A DNA stretch of 64,000 nucleotides from Patescibacteria group bacterium (GCA_041666325.1 JBAYHC010000003.1:159102-223101), one strand, 5' to 3'; counted from the stretch's first letter, positions 9,201-16,888 are shown. The notes: a model not told the origin generated them from the sequence alone. A program made the numbers and translations.

Positions 9201-9901
9201 AGAAATACAAGAACAGACTTGCTGGATTCTGCGAAACGTCGGTAGCCGAGATTACAAGAGAAAGTGCCAATATCAAAGATGAGCCAAGAAGGAAAGCAGC
9301 AGAGCTTCAGGCAAAGATGATCAGTCGTATCCCCGACTCAGTCGGAACAAAAAAGTTTCTTAGTTTGATGGATCAGGTGTCATCGCCCGCAGAACTAAAA
9401 CCCCTGGACAATGATCAGATTATCGCAATGGAACCCGGGCAAGCCAAGCAATATGCTGACCGAATCAGTGGTCAAAACCATGACATTGTAAGAAAATATC
9501 AGGAATTACCAACAAACATTACCAAGAGCTTAACTGGCACCATTGGACCGCTCAAGACCCTGGCAGAGGTTGCCTCGAGCATGCATGACAGCGCCAAAAA
9601 ATCCGAGGGCGATGACCTCGAGGTTATGGGCAGAATCGCAAAGACCTTCGAGGACAGTCTTGGGTCAAACTTTGATATTCAAAGGATAAAGGTCGAACCA
9701 AACCAGACTCCAAACTACGAAAAAATCGAACCTTTTGACATTGCCACCACTGATGACCCGACTAAAAACGAAACAGTAGAGAGCATTGTCTCAGAGGGCT
9801 ATATGTTTAACTCTGAGCTGGCCGGAGTACCTGGTGGCACCATTATCAAGCCCGCCCAAGCGGTCATCTATAAATACCAAGAAGCACCAGCGAGAGCATA
9901 G
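6203..9901 (+). CDS. giant coiled-coil protein B (1232 aa) with A/G-rich hydrophobic hairpin segments; paralog of 3619..5685
   Basis: GGAGG RBS. Hydrophobic stretches VAGKVALATTGVLAASTLSGGAGLLLAPLLY, SATFSLLMGMPLGVQGAG and VGAIATAASASRAYLGMGLAGAGLLATAG. Extensive charged coiled coil. C-terminal domain ARMDFVKRAFTDIL...YYEAYRQATVTL homologous to protein A. Confidence 0.75.
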   Translation: MTPVGEAGGPMDPSIIGDPSYTVNPDNQTSSPGKTVEVTADASKKTEANTDAEITAPVVEKRKTPERLRTERLGIAGELSKTIKERENRRSEEHWGKGRWGKFKEKLNTTDWGKAIKVAGKVALATTGVLAASTLSGGAGLLLAPLLYSQSLKLGFEGGLEGMQHLLRGRKERLGLEAKKQDFLKKSDERIAKVQAAENEFRIAKGKKDRGEINNEEYQKAVDQYSSQVESLTKSISRLESDYLKKEREYINLENSMKIQRATESTALSATFSLLMGMPLGVQGAGHNVIFAPGHGLHFIYKVGETMSSTGVHAIGTSLTHTVGAIATAASASRAYLGMGLAGAGLLATAGKEILNAKKNHQADKQERGTSLWAEVSNDLKAVGKKETVGQREAEAMAQEGSAETYEPPENLKKFAKKTAEHYKEIGRRTNEIDAEMSSLDEEEQRLKTDPTPTDQSRMRLEAIPAQREKLNNEKEELARETEKIKETAELYNLTVNIAGRITQRKNELNQLARDLSSPATIPLIEKAKAELADLYSLRKETWQKIAEKQRLIDEEAASAAASQTSEQPAQQESSPAPSEADFRKFYRENAAGFAEREKARATGQEPSEEYATFDNIYREIDRAENEMRQKEREINELQNRIDRGEVTATSQVREQLFGLTREYLDADRRRDNQKQLLREIYNQAKGAKSPRQTQATPENRTVTGDQPPILDNARSEGNKTSPELPKFESIDPAQIIRAARDPGVRARVISRLNGANSAESFGSLDGVTALEEAVILDELTNRARALMEDPRLSNATPEAAYDTVVLMLDQPEVEEEVGKEQTTTAEEVPGGQEKTPQPEEAETAEAARMDFVKRAFTDILSDTSYAPERINDVDELRLLFGDPLERGRMQSRKFYYEAYRQATVTLVTTPTRDISRYSAILRNLDEGYRKLLARVESDDRDGGSGSEKSPDEKDAEQGKPLEQGETAEPNAEIKQKFEEQLQKDKRIIAESTERAKGFEKYKNRLAGFCETSVAEITRESANIKDEPRRKAAELQAKMISRIPDSVGTKKFLSLMDQVSSPAELKPLDNDQIIAMEPGQAKQYADRISGQNHDIVRKYQELPTNITKSLTGTIGPLKTLAEVASSMHDSAKKSEGDDLEVMGRIAKTFEDSLGSNFDIQRIKVEPNQTPNYEKIEPFDIATTDDPTKNETVESIVSEGYMFNSELAGVPGGTIIKPAQAVIYKYQEAPARA

Positions 9902-9913
9902 CAAGACTTAACA

Positions 9914-9940
9914 AAAAATCAGGAATTTCCTGATTTTTTG
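9914..9940 (+). terminator. rho-independent terminator after giant gene B
   Basis: Hairpin AAATCAGGAATTTCCTGATTT followed by a T-run. Confidence 0.6.
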
Positions 9941-10026
9941 GTTTATGGGTAGCTGCATCTCTTTAGCACGGATTATCATCACCACACAGTAGGACACCGC
10001 CCCTGTAGATTTAGGCTATCCGGGTA

Positions 10027-10956
10027 TTAGGCAGTGGCTGTAACCAGCGCCACCCTTTTAGATTTAATAAAGAAAAACCCAACTATTGTGAATGTCAGGG
10101 CCGGCGAGAGCCAGTTTGGTATGTGAAATCCGAAGCTATCAAGCAACATGATAACGCCCAAGAAAAGGATTGAGTACATAGCACCATTTTTCAAGTAAAC
10201 ATACTTCTTGATCCGCTCAATGTTACCCAAAGTAAGCTGGCGAACAACGATTGCACCAAGACCGTTTCCTATCAGGATGAGTGGAACAGACAGCGTGAAG
10301 GCAAATGCGCCCAAGACTCCATCAATCGAGAAGGTGGCATCGATTACTTCAAGGTAAAGAATCTTACTCATATCAGACAGACTGCTACTTTTGTTAAGAA
10401 GCTGCTCCTCCCCCGCTTCGGCATTCTGCTTAAAACCGTGAGTGATAAAAAAGGCTGTTGAACCCACGACTGCTCCGAACGCCATCATCGGATCACTCTG
10501 TAGTGCGTACCAAACAATACAAGCCAAGAGAACTGAGGCAACAGCATAAAACCAAATACCCCTTGAAAAGAAAAACTTCTCATGAGGCAAGCCGAAGTTC
10601 TTCGTCTCCAAAAAAAGCCAATGGAAAAACAGAAAGATTAAGAATGTTCCTCCACCAACCAAAAGAACTGGAGCTGACTTTTCGACTGCTTCCGCTACAC
10701 TTGGATCATTAGAGAAAGCGGCAGTGATAGCACCAACCGGGCCAAGCGAAGGTGTCGTAACCCAAATAATAAGCCAGGGCAAGAGTCCACGAACTAAGAA
10801 AACGGCAAAAATCATGCCCCACAGCAAGAACCAACGTCGCCCTTTTTTGCTCATCGTTCCAAGAACTTCAGCATTGATAATAGCATTGTCAATACTTGAG
10901 ATAGTCTCAAACAAACAAAGCCCGCCAATGATTACAATTGCTGACATTAAACTCAT
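10027..10956 (-). CDS. TerC/DUF475-family integral membrane protein
   Basis: Motifs ETISSIDNAII and ATFSIDGVLGAFAFT (twin TerC-like DN/D motifs), multi-TM. ATG at 10954-10956 with a GGGAGG RBS 4 nt upstream; the track ORF uses a GTG 12 nt further up. Confidence 0.7.
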   Translation of the reverse strand: MSLMSAIVIIGGLCLFETISSIDNAIINAEVLGTMSKKGRRWFLLWGMIFAVFLVRGLLPWLIIWVTTPSLGPVGAITAAFSNDPSVAEAVEKSAPVLLVGGGTFLIFLFFHWLFLETKNFGLPHEKFFFSRGIWFYAVASVLLACIVWYALQSDPMMAFGAVVGSTAFFITHGFKQNAEAGEEQLLNKSSSLSDMSKILYLEVIDATFSIDGVLGAFAFTLSVPLILIGNGLGAIVVRQLTLGNIERIKKYVYLKNGAMYSILFLGVIMLLDSFGFHIPNWLSPALTFTIVGFFFIKSKRVALVTATA

Positions 10957-11071
10957 CTGACCTCCCACAAAATTAAGTTACCTTGAAGCAGTTATTTCCT
11001 TGCTATTCGCTGACGCTTGCCGCAAACAAAAAGAGGGAAAACGCATTACTACTTTCCATATTATAACAAAT

Positions 11072-11093
11072 AAATCAGGAATCTTCCTGATTT
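11072..11093. repeat. hairpin AAATCAGGAATCTTCCTGATTT, second copy of the 9914-9940 stem
   Basis: Near-identical TCAGGAA/TTCCTGA palindrome; on the minus strand it is followed by a T-rich tract. Confidence 0.45.
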
Positions 11094-11205
11094 ATTACAA
11101 GATGTGACAACGCCCGATAGAGCTTGCCCCGATCTTGATCCGGGAGCGACAAGGCACCCGCCTGCGAAAGCTAGTGCTTTAGCACTTGCGGGCAAGTAAT
11201 ATAAG

Positions 11206-11290
11206 GTATTGACCTGGTCTAATACCGCGAGGCTTCCGGCCCTGGCGATACCGAAAGCGAGACGGGCGCTCTGGGGTCAATACCTTTTAT
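11206..11290. ncRNA. candidate structured RNA element closed by a 12-bp perfect stem
   Basis: AAGGTATTGACC (11206-11217) pairs with GGTCAATACCTT (11279-11290), enclosing a GC-rich 61-nt core. Class and strand are undetermined. Confidence 0.25.
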
Positions 11291-11300
11291 TTTGGCATTA

Positions 11301-11378
11301 TGGTCGGGGAGAGAGGATTCGAACCTCCGATCTCAGGACCCCCAGCCCTGCGCATTAACCAGACTATGCTACTCCCCG
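11301..11378 (-). tRNA. tRNA-Pro (anticodon GGG) with encoded CCA
   Basis: Manual fold: acceptor CGGGGAG/CTCCCCG, D-stem GCAT/ATGC, anticodon stem CAGGG/TCCTG with loop CUGGGGG, T-arm GGAGG-TTCGAAT-CCTCT, discriminator A plus CCA. Confidence 0.8.
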
Positions 11379-11380
11379 GC

Positions 11381-11568
11381 AGAGCTTGTTTAACAACTAT
11401 TCCCGAAGGAAGAAGTGAGCAAATTTCGAGCCCCACCAAGGGGCCCCTCTGTGGGGCGAAAAACAGGAATTGTAAGGAGAGCTAGCCAAAGCTAACCTGA
11501 TGAGCAATTCGTGTTTTGCCACCGAAATTTGCCGCTTGTAACTATCAGATGCGATTGTTAAACAAGCT
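11381..11568. repeat. 188-bp element bounded by 16-bp perfect inverted repeats (AGAGCTTGTTTAACAA / TTGTTAAACAAGCTCT) with nested 10-bp inverted repeats; MITE-like or long-hairpin RNA
   Basis: Outer inverted repeat 11381-11396 / 11553-11568. Inner GCAAATTTCG / CGAAATTTGC at 11421-11430 / 11523-11532. It abuts the tRNA-Pro 5' end with only 2 bp between. Confidence 0.4.
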
Positions 11569-11842
11569 CTAACTCCGCCGAGACAAAATTGGCCGAAAAA
11601 GCCCAAGTGGGTAACCTCACGACCTGACCACGGTCAAATCAAATATTGGTCCAAGCTCCAATATATTGGAGCCAGCCCCAAGGGGACCCGAATATAAAAT
11701 GTTCGCCCAATTTTGACCTCAAGCGGAGCAGACCCATATTATCATATTTTGAGGTAATTAACAGCACGACAAGATGAAGCTCCAAACAAAGAGGTTGCAC
11801 TGCGTCTAGTCTGTAGACTCCTCGAAACATTGGGATTTCACG

Positions 11843-14170
11843 ATGTTAATTGCCATTTCTGGGCTTTTTGGTACAATGGATTCAAAGTACAAGAATGCTT
11901 TTTTCTTTAGCGCAATAAGAAGCGTGTCGATATTCAGTTTGATGGTTAAAAAACTCCTTATGTCAAAAACTGATCTTTACGTTCGACCAGCCTTCATAGC
12001 AACGAACGAAAAACTTCCAGATCGGTCCCTATTTGTTGGAAAAGTTGAACGACCCAACCTAGTTGGTGGTTTTTATTTTTATTTAATAGAAATTCTCTCC
12101 CCGCTCACACCGGCATCCAAGATAAAAAAGATTATTACCCACATATTAGAAAAGTCTGATCCTCCAGACGATCCCAATCTGCGCGAAGTTGTGTTCGAGG
12201 ATACTGTGGCGAAAATTAATGAATCACTCGAAGATCTGGCAAAAGAGGGAGAGCGAGACTGGGTCGGAAATTTTAACGCCGTCCTCGGCATAGTCTGCAA
12301 AGGGCACATTACAATATCGCAATCTGGCGGAGCCTCAGGGTACATATTTCGAAAAGGAACAATTTCAAGTATTACAGAAAAGTCCTCACCCGAGACACCT
12401 TCTTCGGCTGTCAATGTATTTTCAGAGATTACAAGTGGAACTCTCATTAACAACGATCGCCTTATTTTTGGAAGCACTGAGCTCTACAACCATCTCTCGC
12501 TAGACCGGCTACGACGCCTAAGCGAGAAAGTCCCTGCTCCGCTTGCAGCCACCGAGATAGCAAAATACCTAAAACGATCGAAGGTATTGATGGCAAATGC
12601 GGTCATAATTGAAGTTTGCGACCGAGAAGCAATCGAAAATGAAACGCTAGAAGCACAGCAAGAAGTAATCTATCTCGACGAACCAGGGATAGACCTCATT
12701 TCAGTAGTCAAGAAAAACTTATATCCCCTGTCACAAAAGGTTTTATCACACTCACGAGCAGCCGGAAGCGTCCTGGCTAAAAAGAGTAATGTCGTTCTCA
12801 AAAAATCCAAGGAAAACTGGCGAAGCAATTATGCTCCCCTAACCCAAAAAATACTGGACCACGGCAAATCCCAACTAGGAAACACACTGAATAATCTCAG
12901 CAAATCAGCAAAACCGGCTCTAGGCGGGACCCTGCAGAAAATAAAGCAGGACAAGGTGTACAAAAAAGCCACAATAAAAATTATACCGTACACGCAGAGA
13001 ACAAAAGACAGAGCCAATGGTACCACGAAAATAATTATCAGCCTTACCCAACGACTATTGCTTCGCGAAAACCGCAAGTACCTATACCTTGCCCTTATCC
13101 TAAGCTTCCTTTTCTTCGGCTATGTTAAGATACGAGCGAACAACCAGGATCTGGTCAAGGTAAATGAGGAAAAAAGTATAGTTTCTTCGTTTGATGAAGC
13201 ACAGAGCACCTTCGCCAAAGCCAAAGAAGATGTGGCCCTTGGTCGAGGCGATGGCGTGGACAAATATCAGCAAGCACTATCACTGGCTCAAAATGCCCTT
13301 AAATCAGATGTATCAAAGAACGAATCCGACAACTTGATTAAAGAAATTCAGAACTCCATCGATGTAGCGACAAAAACAACGCGACTCGCAAACACATCTG
13401 CACTCTTCAAGCTTGCGCCAGATATTCAACAGATTGCTCTTGTTGGTACAGAAATTTACGGGGCTGACTCGGAGGGAAAAATATTTGTTGCAGACACAAG
13501 AGACAAAGATGTCAGGCTTATTGCGTCAATTGGGAGGGACAACGGATCAGTAATTGATGCGACTTATGTCGAGTCCTCAAATAAAATCGTTTTTTACACC
13601 GACCAGAAAAAGGTTCTTGCACTGAATCCCACAACAAAAACAGTCGAAAATATCGCAATTGTAGAAAACCCTAACGAATGGGAAGATACTATATCGATTT
13701 CCAGTTATGTATCAAATATCTATCTCCTGGATTCAAGCAAAGGAACCGTCTGGAAACACCTAGCCAGAGATGGCGGATATTCAAAGGGAAGCAACTATGC
13801 CGATAGCAAAAAAGTTAGTCTCGCTGATGCCATAGATATTGCAGTCGACGGTGACATTTTTGCACTAAAAAAAGACTCAACCCTAGTTAAATTTATCAAG
13901 GGATCATATGATCCAACGTTTTCGCTCAAAAACATTCCGAAGCCGCACCAAAAAATTGAGGAGCCCGCAGAATTACACACCGATGCCGATTCCTCGAGTA
14001 TATTTATTCTCGACAAGAAGTTAAATAGAATCCTTCGCTTTGACAAGAGCGGTGAGTTCACAAACCAATATATACTCGACGGAATAGCAACAGAGCACTT
14101 TGTTGTTAACCCTCGCCTGCAAAAAATATGGTCGCTCTCCGATGGACAGATATTTGAAATAAATCTCTAG
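11843..14170 (+). CDS. membrane signalling-type protein: N-terminal degenerate PP2C-like domain, one TM helix, extracytoplasmic coiled coil and beta-propeller-like C-terminal repeats
   Basis: PP2C-like motifs ISQSGGASGYIFRKG (cf. VANVGDSRAYL) and NDRLIFGSTELYNHLS (cf. DDFLILASDGLWD), with a metal-binding Asp apparently replaced. TM segment YLYLALILSFLFFGYV. C-terminal segments KIFVADTRD / NIYLLDSSKG / SIFILDKKLNRILRFD read as propeller blades. No SD found for any candidate start, so the start is uncertain. Confidence 0.5.
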   Translation: MLIAISGLFGTMDSKYKNAFFFSAIRSVSIFSLMVKKLLMSKTDLYVRPAFIATNEKLPDRSLFVGKVERPNLVGGFYFYLIEILSPLTPASKIKKIITHILEKSDPPDDPNLREVVFEDTVAKINESLEDLAKEGERDWVGNFNAVLGIVCKGHITISQSGGASGYIFRKGTISSITEKSSPETPSSAVNVFSEITSGTLINNDRLIFGSTELYNHLSLDRLRRLSEKVPAPLAATEIAKYLKRSKVLMANAVIIEVCDREAIENETLEAQQEVIYLDEPGIDLISVVKKNLYPLSQKVLSHSRAAGSVLAKKSNVVLKKSKENWRSNYAPLTQKILDHGKSQLGNTLNNLSKSAKPALGGTLQKIKQDKVYKKATIKIIPYTQRTKDRANGTTKIIISLTQRLLLRENRKYLYLALILSFLFFGYVKIRANNQDLVKVNEEKSIVSSFDEAQSTFAKAKEDVALGRGDGVDKYQQALSLAQNALKSDVSKNESDNLIKEIQNSIDVATKTTRLANTSALFKLAPDIQQIALVGTEIYGADSEGKIFVADTRDKDVRLIASIGRDNGSVIDATYVESSNKIVFYTDQKKVLALNPTTKTVENIAIVENPNEWEDTISISSYVSNIYLLDSSKGTVWKHLARDGGYSKGSNYADSKKVSLADAIDIAVDGDIFALKKDSTLVKFIKGSYDPTFSLKNIPKPHQKIEEPAELHTDADSSSIFILDKKLNRILRFDKSGEFTNQYILDGIATEHFVVNPRLQKIWSLSDGQIFEINL

Positions 14171-14297
14171 TCCTCACCATTGACAGTTCGACTATTACAA
14201 GATAAAAGTAGTGTGACACGATTCAGGGCGCTGTAAAAGATGTGACCATGTTTTTTGTAGTTGCGGAAAAACAATTATCTGTAAGCAAAGGAGTTTC

Positions 14298-15032
14298 ATG
14301 AAATCGACATCCACGATTGTAATGGTCATAGTTATCGTGGCCATTGGGTTGGGAGGACTGTATTATAGCTTTAATCAGCAGCTATTCAAACAGAAACGAG
14401 AGTTATCCGACCAAGTAGTTGACCTAAAAACAAAGGTGACTGACCTTGAAAAAAATGCAACGGAGGTTAACAAGAGCATCAAGGCGCAAACTAGCACAAC
14501 CCCAACCAGTACAGAAAGTATAGCAACACCAGCAAGCAGCGGACAGACAGCAACAAAAACTCCTACATCTGGATCTCAAGCCAGCCAAACTGCACAAACC
14601 GATTCCAAGGACTGGAAAACTTTCTCAAGCGCTAAATACAATTACTCTGTTAAATACCCTAATGACTGGGAATACAAGGATATTACCAGCGGAAATTCAA
14701 TGAATGCAGTTGGTTTTCGCCCGAAGAACCTCAAAGAAGATACTCTATTTAACGTCGCCATAGAAAAAAGCAATCTTGATTACAGCATCGCTCTGGTCAA
14801 GAAAGAATTGGGAGGCAACAGTACATACAAAAGCAAGACCGCATCCACTCTAAACGGACAAGAATTCACAGTCCTGAATTTCGAAAGCAAAACCGACAGC
14901 AAAGTGAAGCCAGCGGTTTACCTCCTCGCTAAAGATGACCTGGTTTATCGCTTTACTGCCGGCACAAGCAGCGACAGCGCAATAAATTCTACTGTGGCAA
15001 CAATGATCAACACATTTCAACTGGCAAAGTAA
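14298..15032 (+). CDS. membrane-anchored hypothetical protein (N-terminal TM, coiled coil, S/T-rich linker, C-terminal globular domain)
   Basis: AAGGAG RBS. TM segment IVMVIVIVAIGLGGLYY. T/S-rich linker region. Confidence 0.55.
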   Translation: MKSTSTIVMVIVIVAIGLGGLYYSFNQQLFKQKRELSDQVVDLKTKVTDLEKNATEVNKSIKAQTSTTPTSTESIATPASSGQTATKTPTSGSQASQTAQTDSKDWKTFSSAKYNYSVKYPNDWEYKDITSGNSMNAVGFRPKNLKEDTLFNVAIEKSNLDYSIALVKKELGGNSTYKSKTASTLNGQEFTVLNFESKTDSKVKPAVYLLAKDDLVYRFTAGTSSDSAINSTVATMINTFQLAK

Positions 15033-15163
15033 AAACGATAAATACCAGGTCCCTCACTCTTTGTTCAGATAATTGTCAAGACAACCGAAAAATCAGCACA
15101 GAGGATAAAGGCTTCTCGCAGACACTGACTCTACGGATATTTGCATCTTGCAACAAGACGAAA

Positions 15164-15193
15164 TGCAACAATAACAAAATGCCTCAATTGAGG
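15164..15193. terminator. bidirectional rho-independent terminator
   Basis: Perfect palindrome AAAATGCCTCAATTGAGGCATTTT flanked by an A-run and a T-run, lying between convergent genes. Confidence 0.65.
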
Positions 15194-15210
15194 CATTTTG
15201 TTATTGTGAG

Positions 15211-16878
15211 TTACATTCTGTCTGGAGCACTTATACCAAGTATAAATAGAGCATTACGCAAAACGTATTTAGTTGCCTGAATCAGCGAAAGACGTGCCCC
15301 CATCAACTGTTTGTCCTCCGTGATTACTTGGCAATTGGTGTAAAAGTTATGAAAAAGTGTTGCAATGCGATAGGCATAATGGGGGATCGACTGAACCTGA
15401 AAATCGCTCAGTGTCTCTTCAAGTAATTCGGGAAACTTCACCAACTCTTTGTAGAGAGCGATTTCTTCTGGACTCCTTAGCAAGGATAAATCTGCAGCAT
15501 TCGAGGAACCTTCAGCGGGTATACTCTCCCCTGCCTTGTTTAGGATTCCCGCAATCCTAGCATGTGCATATTTAATGTAATACACAGGATTCTTATCCGA
15601 AGTATCTTTTGCCAATTCTATATCAAAGTCAAAGGGGGTATTTGGGTTTTGCGATAAAATAAAGTATTTGAAAACATCCGGATCCACCCCCTCTTCTATG
15701 ATTTCTCTTAAGGTGACAAAATTTCCGAATCTCTTACCCATTTTAACCGACTGCCCACCGCTCTTGAGTCGAACATACTGATACAGGATAATGTGCAAGC
15801 TGTCCCCAGGGTGTCCCAAAGCTTCGACAGCAGCCTTCAAACGAGGAATATGGCCATGATGATTCGCACCCCAGACATCAACAATAACCTCATAACCTCG
15901 ATCAAATTTATTTTTATGATAAGCAATATCGTCAGCAAAATATGTATAGCTCCCCCCTTCATCGCTCTTCCGAAGTACACTTTCCCTGTCTTGCAATTCC
16001 GGATCATCTGGTCGCTTAAACCAAAGTGCGCCCTCCTTGCTTACGGTTGCTCCGCTATCGCCGAGGGCCTTAATAACTCTATCTGTGCTGCCGTCAATTT
16101 CGTAAGTGCTCTGGCAGGCCCAATTATCAAAGTTAACATCAATCAGTTTACAATCAGCCTTAATGTTATCGACAATATTTCTCAGTCCCTCTCTTTTGAA
16201 AAACTGCAATAGCTCAGTTTCATCTTTTAAGCTGGCAAGCTCTTTCGCTTCTTTCTCCTGAATTTCTTCCGAGAGAAGCTTGATGTACTCTCCGGGATAT
16301 CCGCCCTCAGGGAAAGTGATCTTGTCGTCAAACTTAATCTCGTACCAATAATAGAGTGAGCGAGCAAATCGATCCACCTGGCCACCGATGTCGTTGATGT
16401 AGAACTCTCGCGTCACATCATAGTTAAAATTTGAGAACAAGTTAGAGATAGCTTCTCCGATAGGGCCCCCGCGTGCATTACCGATGTGCAATGGTCCAGT
16501 GGGATTAGCCGAAACATATTCGATATTAGCCTTGGCACCTTTTCCTAAATCAATTTGACCATATGACTCTTTTTGCTCAAGGATTTTTCCAATTTCTTCG
16601 AAATAGAACTCGTCTGACACGGTAATATTAATAAACCCGGGGCCAGCCAACTCAGCCCTGCTAATATAAGAAGATTTTTTAATCTCGATGATTACATTAT
16701 CAGCAACTTCGCGTGGCAATAATTCTGGTCTAAGTTGGCTAATTAGGAGAGCGATATTCGTAGCAAAATCACCCCACTCCTTTTTAGGAGGTTCACTTAA
16801 ACTAAAAGAAGCTGGAATATCGTAGCCAGCATGCGAAGCAGCCTTAATAATCTCTTTTCTGGCAATATCTTTAATCAT
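15211..16878 (-). CDS. argS: arginine--tRNA ligase
   Basis: PTGPLHIGNARGG (HIGH-type class I motif) and the ArgRS N-terminal LSEPPKKEWGDFATNIAL signature. 555 aa. Confidence 0.85.
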   Translation of the reverse strand: MIKDIARKEIIKAASHAGYDIPASFSLSEPPKKEWGDFATNIALLISQLRPELLPREVADNVIIEIKKSSYISRAELAGPGFINITVSDEFYFEEIGKILEQKESYGQIDLGKGAKANIEYVSANPTGPLHIGNARGGPIGEAISNLFSNFNYDVTREFYINDIGGQVDRFARSLYYWYEIKFDDKITFPEGGYPGEYIKLLSEEIQEKEAKELASLKDETELLQFFKREGLRNIVDNIKADCKLIDVNFDNWACQSTYEIDGSTDRVIKALGDSGATVSKEGALWFKRPDDPELQDRESVLRKSDEGGSYTYFADDIAYHKNKFDRGYEVIVDVWGANHHGHIPRLKAAVEALGHPGDSLHIILYQYVRLKSGGQSVKMGKRFGNFVTLREIIEEGVDPDVFKYFILSQNPNTPFDFDIELAKDTSDKNPVYYIKYAHARIAGILNKAGESIPAEGSSNAADLSLLRSPEEIALYKELVKFPELLEETLSDFQVQSIPHYAYRIATLFHNFYTNCQVITEDKQLMGARLSLIQATKYVLRNALFILGISAPDRM

Positions 16879-16888
16879 ACGACAAACA

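Noticed and set aside
11150-11200. tmRNA-like tag-peptide reading frame GCG AAA GCT AGT GCT TTA GCA CTT GCG GGC AAG TAA (AKASALALAGK*), containing GCUUUAGCA as in ssrA tags
   Set aside because: There is no tRNA-like acceptor/T-arm (GGTTCGAATCC-type) and no 5' GGGG end on either strand nearby. The tag ends in GK rather than LAA. Judged a chance resemblance within a structured element.
11206-11290. SRP (4.5S) RNA assignment for the 12-bp-stem element
   Set aside because: Only the CCGGAAG tetraloop-like core matches; the flanking conserved GAAGCAGC and asymmetric-loop residues of domain IV are absent.
11639-11830. 63-aa minus-strand ORF, plus 11300-11485 (+) and 11397-11606 (-), in the tRNA/inverted-repeat region
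   Set aside because: They overlap the tRNA-Pro gene, the inverted-repeat element or the palindromes, and have no SD. The region is better explained as non-coding structured DNA or RNA.
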